Positions 56,489-64,000 of a stretch of DNA of 64,000 bases are shown piece by piece. Location of the stretch: positions 1,500-65,499 of the forward strand of contig CAYYVY010000003.1 of the NCBI GenBank assembly GCA_964475265.1, written 5' to 3'. Both the position numbers and the translations under genes were made by a program. This stretch comes from an uncultured Anaerolineaceae bacterium (GTDB taxonomy: Bacteria; Chloroflexota; Anaerolineae; Anaerolineales; E44-bin32). A model generated the notes under the pieces. That model saw nothing but the letters and a program-made list of their open reading frames with translations. It searched no databases and was not told where the DNA came from. Position 1 is the stretch's first letter; each line of letters opens with the position of its first letter.

Positions 56489-57448
56489 ATGAATAGCTAC
56501 TACCTTCGAAAATCTGCCGCAGCATGGATGTGCCTCATATTCCTGTTCCTCGCCAGCCTGGCATGCAGTCTTCCTACGAACCAATCATCCGCCGGGTTGG
56601 AAGCTACACAGTTGGCCCTCGAAGTGGAAGCCACGACATTGGCGCTGCAAAAAGCCGTGCTTACCCAGGAGGCGGCATCGCAGGAAGAATCGGCTGGTCC
56701 ACCTGAGGCTGAAGAGCCTGCGCCGGAGGAAGAGCCAGCAGAGGCTACACCAACGGCAACGCAAGAAGCGCTGGAAGAACCCTCCGAGGCGGTGGAGGGA
56801 AGCCTGGAGCGCGCCTCGTACGATCCGGCCTACGGCTGGGGATCGGGACACGACAGCGACAATTTCGACGCATCGACCGGAAAATTTCCTTCGAGCAGTG
56901 CGGGAGCGGCTACCTCCTGGTATGGGGACGGACGCTACAACATCACCTTCACCTCGCGCAACCGCTGGACCTGGTATTGGTCGTTCATCGACGCGGCAGA
57001 TTTCTACGCCGATTTCTTGATCTTCAATGGTGACCAATGTGTTTCCGGGGACACGGCAGGGTTTGTTTTCCGAGGCGATCAGGTTCAGGATTATGGGTTG
57101 ATGTTCGGCATCAGCTGCGGAGGGGAATACTTTATCGGCTTCACTGCCATTCCGGGATCGGACGGTTTCGTGATTAATTTCACAGAAGCAGGCATTGAGT
57201 TTGGTGACCGGCAATTGTTCCATAGCGATCTGATCGCAACAGACCCGGGTGCAGTCAACCGCCTTGGGGTCATGGCTAAGGGAACGGAGATTGACTTCTA
57301 CATCAACGGCAAATGGGTCGCCAACCGATCAGTGGCGATGTACGCTCCTGCCCTTATGCACGGTCATTTCGCGCTCTACCTGGGAACGGCGCAGAAACCG
57401 AACGCCAGTGTGAGTTTCGACGATTTCAATATTTGGTACCTCGATTGA
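56489..57448 (+). CDS. lipoprotein with C-terminal LamG/DUF1080-like concanavalin-type domain
   Basis: Lipobox LASLAC, a helical segment ATQLALEVEATTLALQKAV, an E/P/A-rich linker, then GFVFRGD...NRLGVMAKGTEIDFYINGKWV...FALYLGTAQKPNASVSFDDFNIWYLD. Confidence 0.65.
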   Translation: MNSYYLRKSAAAWMCLIFLFLASLACSLPTNQSSAGLEATQLALEVEATTLALQKAVLTQEAASQEESAGPPEAEEPAPEEEPAEATPTATQEALEEPSEAVEGSLERASYDPAYGWGSGHDSDNFDASTGKFPSSSAGAATSWYGDGRYNITFTSRNRWTWYWSFIDAADFYADFLIFNGDQCVSGDTAGFVFRGDQVQDYGLMFGISCGGEYFIGFTAIPGSDGFVINFTEAGIEFGDRQLFHSDLIATDPGAVNRLGVMAKGTEIDFYINGKWVANRSVAMYAPALMHGHFALYLGTAQKPNASVSFDDFNIWYLD

Positions 57449-57518
57449 GGTTCAGAGTTGAAATTTGCGTGTCGAAATCGAAGTGTGAATTGGCAAGAAA
57501 GTAACAACTCGGAAAGGG

Positions 57519-58475
57519 ATGAGGAGGCGTTCGAATTTGAACAAGATTCTCATCCCTTTATGTTTTCTCTCGCTGTTTATTGCTTCCCTGGCGTGCAGTT
57601 TGCCATCTGAACGGGTAGCCGAATCGCTCGCCTCGACACAGACGGCGCTCGAGGTGCAGGCGACGACTCTGGCGCTGGAGAAAGCCAGGCTCACCCACGA
57701 AGCGGAGCAGCAAGCCGAGTCTCCTCAGCCCACCGTCACTGAAACGGCGAAACCCGAAGCGGGAGAAAAGGCTACGCCGACGGATGACGGTCCGCACGAC
57801 GGCGCGGAAGGGGCTGTGGGGAGCCTGGAACGCGCTGCGTTCGATCCGGCCTTCGGCTGGGGAGCGGCTCACGACGGTGATGATTTCGATGGCGGATCGG
57901 GGAAATTCCCCACCAATTCCGCAGGCGCGGCGAACGCCTGGTACGAAAATGGCCGCTATAAAATTACGTTCAACTCACGGGGTCTCTGGACCTGGTACTG
58001 GTCGTATATCGACGCCGAAGATTTCTACGTCGATTTTCTGATATTCAACGGCGAACAATGCGTCGCCGGGGATACCGCTGGCATTGTTTTTCGGGGGGAT
58101 AAGGCTGCGGATCGAGGCTTGATGTTCGGCCTCAGCTGTGGCGGGGAGTATTTCGTAGGCAAAACCTACTGGCCTCCGACCGATAGCCCGGTGTGTTCTT
58201 GGCTCGGCGGAACGCTGCTCGATTGCGAGCGGAGAGTATTGACGGCTAGTGAATTAATCCAGACTGGACCAGGGGCAGTAAACCGCATCGGTGTTATGGT
58301 GAAGAGCGCGGATGTGGACTTTTACATCAACGGGAAGTGGGTAGATAACCGCGCGATCCCTGCGGGCTGGTTCGAGAGCATTCACGGGCAATTCGCCCTC
58401 TATCTGGGGAGCGCGCAGAAACCGAACGCCAGCGTGAGTTTCGATGATTTCAGCATATGGTACCTGGATGAATAG
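57519..58475 (+). CDS. lipoprotein with C-terminal LamG/DUF1080-like domain, tandem paralogue
   Basis: Same architecture as, and collinear with, 56489-57448 (IASLAC; STQTALEVQATTLALEKA; ...FALYLGSAQKPNASVSFDDFSIWYLDE). Confidence 0.65.
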   Translation: MRRRSNLNKILIPLCFLSLFIASLACSLPSERVAESLASTQTALEVQATTLALEKARLTHEAEQQAESPQPTVTETAKPEAGEKATPTDDGPHDGAEGAVGSLERAAFDPAFGWGAAHDGDDFDGGSGKFPTNSAGAANAWYENGRYKITFNSRGLWTWYWSYIDAEDFYVDFLIFNGEQCVAGDTAGIVFRGDKAADRGLMFGLSCGGEYFVGKTYWPPTDSPVCSWLGGTLLDCERRVLTASELIQTGPGAVNRIGVMVKSADVDFYINGKWVDNRAIPAGWFESIHGQFALYLGSAQKPNASVSFDDFSIWYLDE

Positions 58476-58718
58476 TGGTGTTTCATCCACTACCCGTTTA
58501 CGCCGGTGAAGGACGAGGATTGGGTTTCTACTATTCCTTTGATTGATATGCACCAGAGGGCCGGGGCGATGGCCGTGATATCGGGTTGACGGTACAATTT
58601 GACTTCTTGATCCACATCTCTACAGTAAAGTTGGATCGGCTCAGTGTACAATGGATGCAGGATTTCTTCCCTGATAGATGATGGGAAGCGCGACGCATTC
58701 GATAACGAGGACGGCCAC

Positions 58719-59957
58719 ATGCCGCAGAACGATGGAATTCCGGTTATAAAAGATCGGCATATTCTCTTGGGCGTGACGGGGTCGATCGCGGCCTACAAGG
58801 CTGTAGATCTGGCTTCCAAGCTGACTCAGGCAGGCGCCATCGTGGACGTAATCCTCACACCGGCGGCGCAGCACTTCGTGACTCCGCTGACATTTCAATC
58901 TGTCACCGGAAGGCGGGCCTACACGGATGACGATTTGTGGGGCAGCGAAGCGCACGTCATCCATGTTGGTCTGACCCACGAGATCGACTTGCTCGTCTTG
59001 GCGCCGGCGACGGCGAATACGATTGCCAAATTGGCCCACGGACAAGCCGATAATTTCCTCACCCTGACGGCGCTGGCCGCGACTTGTCCACTTGCCATCG
59101 CGCCGGCGATGGACGCCGGGATGTTCGCCCATGCGGCGACCCAGGCGAATCTCACGATCCTTAAAGAACGCCAGGCGTATATTCTCGGGCCCACTGAAGG
59201 CCGCATGGCTTCGGGGTTGGTCGGCAAGGGACGCATGCTGGAGCCGGAGGAGATATTCGGCCACGTACGCTTGATTCTCGGTCAGCGTGGGGATCTGCAG
59301 GGGCGGACCGTCGTCGTCACGGCCGGAGGTACACAGGAACCGATCGATCCGGTGCGCGTGATCGCCAACCGTTCCTCCGGCAAACAAGGATTTGCCCTGG
59401 CACAAGCGGCGATCGATCGCGGCGCGCAGACGATCCTCATCAGCGCGCCAACCATGCTGCCGACACCGGTCGGAGCCGAGCGAGTCGATGTCGATACCGC
59501 AGAGGAACTGCGCCAAGCAGTATTGGAACGAATCGAGGGCGCAGATGTGCTGCTCATGGCTGCTGCGGTGGCCGATTTCCGGCCAAAGCGCTCGGTCGAT
59601 GAGAAGATCAAGCGCAGCCAGGGGGTGCCCGAAGTGAAATTGGAGCCCACGGAGGACATCCTTGCATTTGTAACGGCGCAGCGCAAGAAGAGCAAGAAAC
59701 CGATCGTGCTCGTCGGATTCGCTGCGGAGAGTCAGGATCTGGTCAAAAACGCACGGGCGAAGCTGCAGCAGAAGGGCATGGACCTGATCGCCGCCAACGA
59801 CATCACGGCGATTGATGCGGGTTTTGGCGTGGATACCAATCGAGTTACTGTATTGGCCAAAGACGGCGACCCGATAGAATTGCCTGTAATGAGCAAATAC
59901 AAGGTTGCCGACTATCTTTTAAATCATGTGGTGGAATTATTGGCATCGGCCGATTGA
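58719..59957 (+). CDS. coaBC: bifunctional phosphopantothenoylcysteine decarboxylase / phosphopantothenate--cysteine ligase
   Basis: Start at MPQNDGIPV. ILLGVTGSIAAYKAVDLASKL (flavoprotein domain) and a C-terminal DFP domain (VVVTAGGTQEPIDPVRVIANRSSGKQG). Confidence 0.9.
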   Translation: MPQNDGIPVIKDRHILLGVTGSIAAYKAVDLASKLTQAGAIVDVILTPAAQHFVTPLTFQSVTGRRAYTDDDLWGSEAHVIHVGLTHEIDLLVLAPATANTIAKLAHGQADNFLTLTALAATCPLAIAPAMDAGMFAHAATQANLTILKERQAYILGPTEGRMASGLVGKGRMLEPEEIFGHVRLILGQRGDLQGRTVVVTAGGTQEPIDPVRVIANRSSGKQGFALAQAAIDRGAQTILISAPTMLPTPVGAERVDVDTAEELRQAVLERIEGADVLLMAAAVADFRPKRSVDEKIKRSQGVPEVKLEPTEDILAFVTAQRKKSKKPIVLVGFAAESQDLVKNARAKLQQKGMDLIAANDITAIDAGFGVDTNRVTVLAKDGDPIELPVMSKYKVADYLLNHVVELLASAD

Positions 59958-60050
59958 GTTACTTTCCGTGTGGGCAACGGTTTTCAGGGCATTTTTACAT
60001 CAAAATTCATTACTTCACGCCTCGCAAAAGAATGTGATCTAATTTTCAGT

Positions 60051-60863
60051 ATGGAAGCTCGAACAGGTAATCTCTATTTAGGCACGCAGGGTTTTTCATT
60101 CAAGGATTGGGTGGGTCCTTTCTATCCCGAGGGAACCACTTCACGATCTTACCTGGAGACGTACGCCCGCTATTTTTCGACGGTGGAAATCGATTCCACG
60201 TTTTATGGCATACCTCGAGCGACGACAGTCCGCGGCTGGTATGAGCGCACGCCGACAGATTTCAAATTCGCGGCGAAATTCCCCAAATTAATTACGCATG
60301 ACAAAAAACTCGAGGGCGCGCGCGGAGATGCGGAAGCCTTCGTCGGCAGCATGCAGGCCTTGGCGGAAAAGTTAGCCGTTCTCACCTTGCAGTTTGCCTA
60401 TGACTTCAAACCCGAATTCTTCGATCGGCTGGACGACTTCCTGGGATCCCTGCCGGTTGGTCCGCACTACGCTGTAGAGGTTCGCAACCGAGAATGGCTG
60501 ACGCCGGCGTTTCGCCAGATGCTCGCCGGACACAATACGGCCCTCGTGCTTCAGGATTTGCATTACATGCCGCGGCTGGATTGGGTCACGGCGGATTTCA
60601 GTGTGGTTCGCTGGTTGGGAAGACGGAAGGACATTGAGGTTTTCGACCGCATCCAGATCGACCGGACAAAGGTGCTCGAAACCTGGGCCGAAATCGTGGC
60701 TGGTTTTCTGGACGCCGGTACGGATGTGTATGGTTTCTTCAACAATCATTTTGCAGGTCACAGCCCCGCCAGTGTGCGTCAATTCGCAGCGCTTCTCGGT
60801 CAACCCGTTCTTGCACCGAAAACAGAAGGCCCGGATCAGCAATTGGATCTCGAGATTGATTAA
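60051..60863 (+). CDS. DUF72 domain-containing protein
   Basis: LYLGTQGFSFKDWVGPFYPEG...YARYFSTVEIDSTFY...VEVRNREW. Confidence 0.8.
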   Translation: MEARTGNLYLGTQGFSFKDWVGPFYPEGTTSRSYLETYARYFSTVEIDSTFYGIPRATTVRGWYERTPTDFKFAAKFPKLITHDKKLEGARGDAEAFVGSMQALAEKLAVLTLQFAYDFKPEFFDRLDDFLGSLPVGPHYAVEVRNREWLTPAFRQMLAGHNTALVLQDLHYMPRLDWVTADFSVVRWLGRRKDIEVFDRIQIDRTKVLETWAEIVAGFLDAGTDVYGFFNNHFAGHSPASVRQFAALLGQPVLAPKTEGPDQQLDLEID

Positions 60864-60919
60864 CGCCATGCGCCGTATCGTAGATTTATTGATCGGCGGA
60901 CCTCGCCGATTCGATTGAA

Positions 60920-61491
60920 ATGACCGAACGGATTGCGATTTCTGAATCCCCGTTTTTTCGTGCCGTACTGGGGCTGGTGCTTTTCTTCGGACTTAGTGCG
61001 CTGTTGTCATCTCTCTGGGGTGCGGCTTGGGGGCCCTCCTCGATGCGTACGGTCAAGAAGGTGTTGGAGATGGCGGCGTAAAACCGGGGGAGAAGCTCGT
61101 CGATCTGGGTGCCTGGGATGGGCGCATCGTGATCGTTGCCGCGTGAAATTTCAAAGCCTAGGCCGTCGGGGTGGAGATCGATCCGCTGCGTTGTTTGATC
61201 GCCAATTTGCTGATCAGGGTCTTGCGGTTGCAGGACGTCGCACGTGTCTATTACGGCAACATGTATACCTTCGACTTCCGTGATGCGGACGTTGTGAGCA
61301 TGTACCTTTTACAAGACACCAATCAGCGCCTCAAACCACGGCTGGCAGCGCAGCTGAAGCCCGGCGCGAGCGTGGTTTCACACTCATTTTCCTTTTACGG
61401 TTGGGCGCCCGTGGCGATCGACGACAAGCGTGGTATATTCCTCTACGAAATGGGGAATACCGGAGCGGATGTATTGCCCAAGCTGGTTTAG
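60920..61491 (+). pseudogene. decayed class I SAM-dependent methyltransferase (frameshift plus two in-frame stops)
   Basis: Hand translation gives frame 2 from 60920 to 61078 = MTERIAISESPFFRAVLGLVLFFGLSALLSSLWGAAWGPSSMRTVKKVLEMAA*. The sequence continues in frame 1 as GVKPGEKLVDLGAWDGRIVIVAA-TGA(61144)-NFKA-TAG(61159)-AVGVEIDPLRC...ADVVSMYLL...KPGASVVSHSF. Motif I reads DLGAWDG where DLGxGDG is expected. Confidence 0.6.
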
Positions 61492-61518
61492 GCGGATTCC
61501 CGCATGATGGATCTTTGT

Positions 61519-61551
61519 GAGGGCAGTAGGATTTTCGTGCCCTCGTTTGCG
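61519..61551 (+). terminator. candidate intrinsic terminator
   Basis: GAGGGCA-12 nt-TGCCCTC followed by GTTTGCG. The U-tract is weak. Confidence 0.3.
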
Positions 61552-61653
61552 CTACAATGAATACGGAAACCGGCGCACTAGCGCTGGGTTTTGTGGATGG
61601 CTGCAAGTGAAAATAGAATCTCTTGGGCCACTTGCCAGGGAGGAGATGAGCGA

Positions 61654-62139
61654 ATGGAATTGTTGAGCGTCAGGATCGAAAAGCCCGAAGCGGTAAACGT
61701 GATTATCGGCCAATCCCACTTTATCAAAACGGTGGAAGACCTTCACGAAGCATTGGTGGGCGCTGTTCCGGGGATTGAATTCGGCCTGGCTTTTTGTGAG
61801 GCTTCCGGGCCGGCGCTCGTGCGCATCAGCGGCACGGACGACGACTTGGTCGAATTGGCGAAGGAAAATGCGTTGGCGCTCTCTGCGGGACACGTGTTCA
61901 TTATCTGTTTGGGAAACGTGTTTCCGGTCAACGTGCTCAACGCCGTGAAAGCCGTGCCCGAAGTGTGCCGTGTCTTCTGCGCGACGGCAAACCTCGTCGA
62001 GGTGATCCTCGCTGAGAGCGAACAGGGGCGCGGCGTCTTGGGTGTGATCGATGGTGTTAAAAGCGCCGGCGTTGAAGGCGAGAAGGAAATCCAGGAACGC
62101 AAGGCCTTGCTGCGCAAGTTTGGCTATAAGTTGGAGTAA
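61654..62139 (+). CDS. adenosine-specific kinase family (PF04008-like) protein
   Basis: MELLSVRIEKPEAVNVIIGQSHFIKTVEDLHEALVGAVPGIEFGLAFCEASGPALVR, with GGGAGGAG upstream. Confidence 0.65.
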   Translation: MELLSVRIEKPEAVNVIIGQSHFIKTVEDLHEALVGAVPGIEFGLAFCEASGPALVRISGTDDDLVELAKENALALSAGHVFIICLGNVFPVNVLNAVKAVPEVCRVFCATANLVEVILAESEQGRGVLGVIDGVKSAGVEGEKEIQERKALLRKFGYKLE

Positions 62140-62264
62140 TCAAGTATTCCCGATGCTGCCCATGTCCACTGAACGTGGGGAGTATATTTTCTGTATCAGG
62201 ATTTCATAGTCTGGTTTCAGCGATAAGCTGGCTCGATCTTGATAGCCGGAGTTAGGGGTGTGCC

Positions 62265-63269
62265 ATGAAGTTCACAGATTCGATCACCGATGTGTCGGGA
62301 ATCATGGTCGGCCATGCGGACGATGCACAGGCGCTAACCGGATGTACGGTGCTGCTTTGCACGGACGGCGCCGTCGGTGGGGTGGATCAACGCGGCGGCG
62401 CGCCGGGCACGCGCGAGACGGACTTGCTGCGTCCGTCCCATCTGGTGGAGAAAGTCCACGCTGTCTTGCTCGCCGGAGGCTCGGCTTACGGCCTGGATGC
62501 CGCGGGGGGCGTGATGCGCTATCTCGAAGAGCGCGACATCGGACACGACACGACGATTGCCAAGGTGCCGATCGTGCCCGCAGCGATCCTCTTCGATCTG
62601 GGCCTGGGACGAGCGGACGTCCGGCCGGATGCCGAGATGGGGTACCTCGCCTGCCAGAATGCCAGCCACGACCGCTTGCAGCAGGGAAACGTCGGCGCAG
62701 GCATGGGGGCCAGTGTGGGGAAGATCCTGGGCATGGCAGGAGCGATGAAGAGCGGCATCGGTACGGCGAGCGCCGATTTGGGCGGCGGTATCATCGTTGG
62801 TGCGATTATGGCCGTCAACGCGCTCGGAGATGTCGTCGATCCGCAGACGGGAAACATTCTGGCGGGCGTACGTCCTGCAAAGGTGGGTCCGATTGCGATC
62901 GGTGGCGAAGGGCCTTTCGCCGACACGCTCGTGGTCATGAAGGGCATGGTGGGTAAAACCGCCCTGCGTTTTGCCGCAAAAAGCAACACGGTGATCGGGG
63001 TTGTGGCGACGAATGCACAATTGGACAAGGAAGAAGTGAACAAGGTAGCGCAGATGGCGCAGGACGGTGTTGCACGCACGGTACGACCCGCGCATACGAT
63101 GTATGACGGAGATACGATCATCGCCCTAGCCACGGGCAAAAAACGAGCGGACGTCAATCTCGTCGGTGCCTATGGTGCTGAAGTCGTCGCCCGCGCCATC
63201 GTGAACGCCGTGCTGAAGGCCGAGGGCGCAGGTGGATTACCCGCCGCAGCGGATATCCAGTCGGCGTAG
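62265..63269 (+). CDS. P1/S58 family peptidase (DmpA-like aminopeptidase)
   Basis: ITDVSGIMVGHADD...TGCTVLLC...GGAPGTRETDLL...NTVIGVVATNA. Confidence 0.8.
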   Translation: MKFTDSITDVSGIMVGHADDAQALTGCTVLLCTDGAVGGVDQRGGAPGTRETDLLRPSHLVEKVHAVLLAGGSAYGLDAAGGVMRYLEERDIGHDTTIAKVPIVPAAILFDLGLGRADVRPDAEMGYLACQNASHDRLQQGNVGAGMGASVGKILGMAGAMKSGIGTASADLGGGIIVGAIMAVNALGDVVDPQTGNILAGVRPAKVGPIAIGGEGPFADTLVVMKGMVGKTALRFAAKSNTVIGVVATNAQLDKEEVNKVAQMAQDGVARTVRPAHTMYDGDTIIALATGKKRADVNLVGAYGAEVVARAIVNAVLKAEGAGGLPAAADIQSA

Positions 63270-63384
63270 ATTCATTGCGGCGGACTTTGGCGGCCGGGCG
63301 ATCGCAGCTGCGGCCAAAGTGATGGCACATTGACATCCATTCCCTGAACGAGTATGCTCCCATTCGAAAGACGCTGGAGGTTGA

Positions 63385-63849
63385 ATGTTCCGGAGAACGA
63401 GCGACATGCCTGCCGAAACCCAGCCGGTGCCCGAAAGGGTGGATTCCGTGCTCGGGCCCGGAATCATCTGGCAAGGGCAAATCTCCGGCATAGGTGGTGT
63501 GCGCATCGAGGGGGTTTTCGATGGGGAGATTGCCCTGCAGGGTTTGGTAGTGGTCGGGGAAGGGGGACGAGTGACTTGCGAACACATCCGCGCAGTGACG
63601 GTGGTCGTCGCCGGCTCCGTCAAAGGGGACATTACCGCACGCAAAGTCGAGATCACGCGCAACGGCCGCATCTGGGGAGATGTCGTCACGACTTCATTTT
63701 CGACGGAAGAGGGCGCCTTTCTGCGGGGAAAGATCACCATGGAAGAGGAACTCGATCTCGGTTTCACGCAGGAATCGGAGCCAGGCGAAACGCAGGAGCC
63801 TCTCGATGAAGGGCAAGCGCCTTCTGAAGCGCCTGTGGGAGAATCGTAG
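63385..63849 (+). CDS. bactofilin family polymer-forming cytoskeletal protein
   Basis: A repetitive beta-helix segment (IEGVFDGEIALQGLVVVGEGGRVTCEHIRAVTVVVAGSVKGDITARKVEITRNGRIWGDV) followed by an acidic tail. Confidence 0.8.
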   Translation: MFRRTSDMPAETQPVPERVDSVLGPGIIWQGQISGIGGVRIEGVFDGEIALQGLVVVGEGGRVTCEHIRAVTVVVAGSVKGDITARKVEITRNGRIWGDVVTTSFSTEEGAFLRGKITMEEELDLGFTQESEPGETQEPLDEGQAPSEAPVGES

Positions 63850-63877
63850 GCTCGATCGTTATACTTTCCCGATTCGG

Positions 63878-64000
63878 CTAAACAATTTTATCGTTCGTTC
63901 CCGCCAATTGGCGCAGCAATTCTGTTTGCCCGGTGTGGTAGGTGTCGTGGAAGTACAAGCCGAAAATCTTTTTCCCAACCGTGACGGCGGGATTTTCCGC
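63878..64000 (-). CDS. DinB-family protein, C-terminal end (partial, runs off the window)
   Basis: Hand translation gives ...GLYFHDTYHTGQTELLRQLAGTNDKIV*. The H-x2-H-x-GQ C-terminal motif is typical of the DinB superfamily. Confidence 0.45.
   Translation of the reverse strand, partial: AENPAVTVGKKIFGLYFHDTYHTGQTELLRQLAGTNDKIV

Noticed and set aside
61144-61161. In-frame TGA and TAG in the methyltransferase read as recoding (selenocysteine/pyrrolysine) or programmed frameshifting.
   Set aside because: Two different stop codons lie 12 nt apart, there is a separate frameshift, and a catalytic-motif substitution is present. Together these fit decay, not recoding. No SECIS-like hairpin follows the TGA.

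Overview
The window is a gene-dense bacterial chromosomal segment. GC-rich housekeeping stretches alternate with visibly more AT-rich accessory blocks. The gene content fits a Chloroflexota/Anaerolineae-like organism: bifunctional PGI/PMI, type III pantothenate kinase, a YitJ-like fusion, an S-box riboswitch and Flp pilin. I could not run any search, so this taxon guess and every family call rest on motifs I recognised by eye in the ORF-track proteins or in hand translations.

Core content:
- A methionine block on the minus strand: SAM-I riboswitch, then metH, then a yitJ-like HMT/MTHFR fusion, followed by a pterin dehydratase and metG.
- A panB-panE-panC-coaX operon, with coaBC about 14 kb further on.
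- kbl, tyrA-like, rsmI, PGI/PMI, an M50 protease, an M23 peptidase, two YbaK-like deacylases, bactofilin and a DmpA-like peptidase.

Accessory content:
1. At about 1.1-12 kb lies the most interesting block. It is same-strand and tightly packed. It starts with an array of five perfect hairpins. It then encodes a zinc-ribbon, membrane-anchored VirD4/TraD-like ATPase, three small ORFs, a DUF192 protein, a Cas4-like nuclease (one N-terminal Cys plus CX2CX5C), a histidine kinase, an OmpR-type regulator, a DnaB-C-terminal-like RecA-fold ATPase, an A24 prepilin peptidase and an SH3 lipoprotein. I recognised no relaxase, VirB4, Tad ATPase, integrase or CRISPR partner.
2. At about 45-54.6 kb is an envelope-modification-like cluster. 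It contains a UMF1-type MFS transporter with an inserted beta-sandwich-like domain and a tandemly duplicated pair of genes (polytopic membrane protein plus Tat-exported sulfatase-fold enzyme). In both enzymes the CxPxR formylglycine motif is replaced by TxPxT. An NPP/AlkP-family enzyme and a sulfotransferase complete the cluster.
3. Twin lipoprotein paralogues.
4. A PadR / GyrI-like / BtrH_N operon.
5. A decayed SAM-methyltransferase pseudogene.

I found no rRNA, no convincing tRNA, no CRISPR array and no transposase or integrase.
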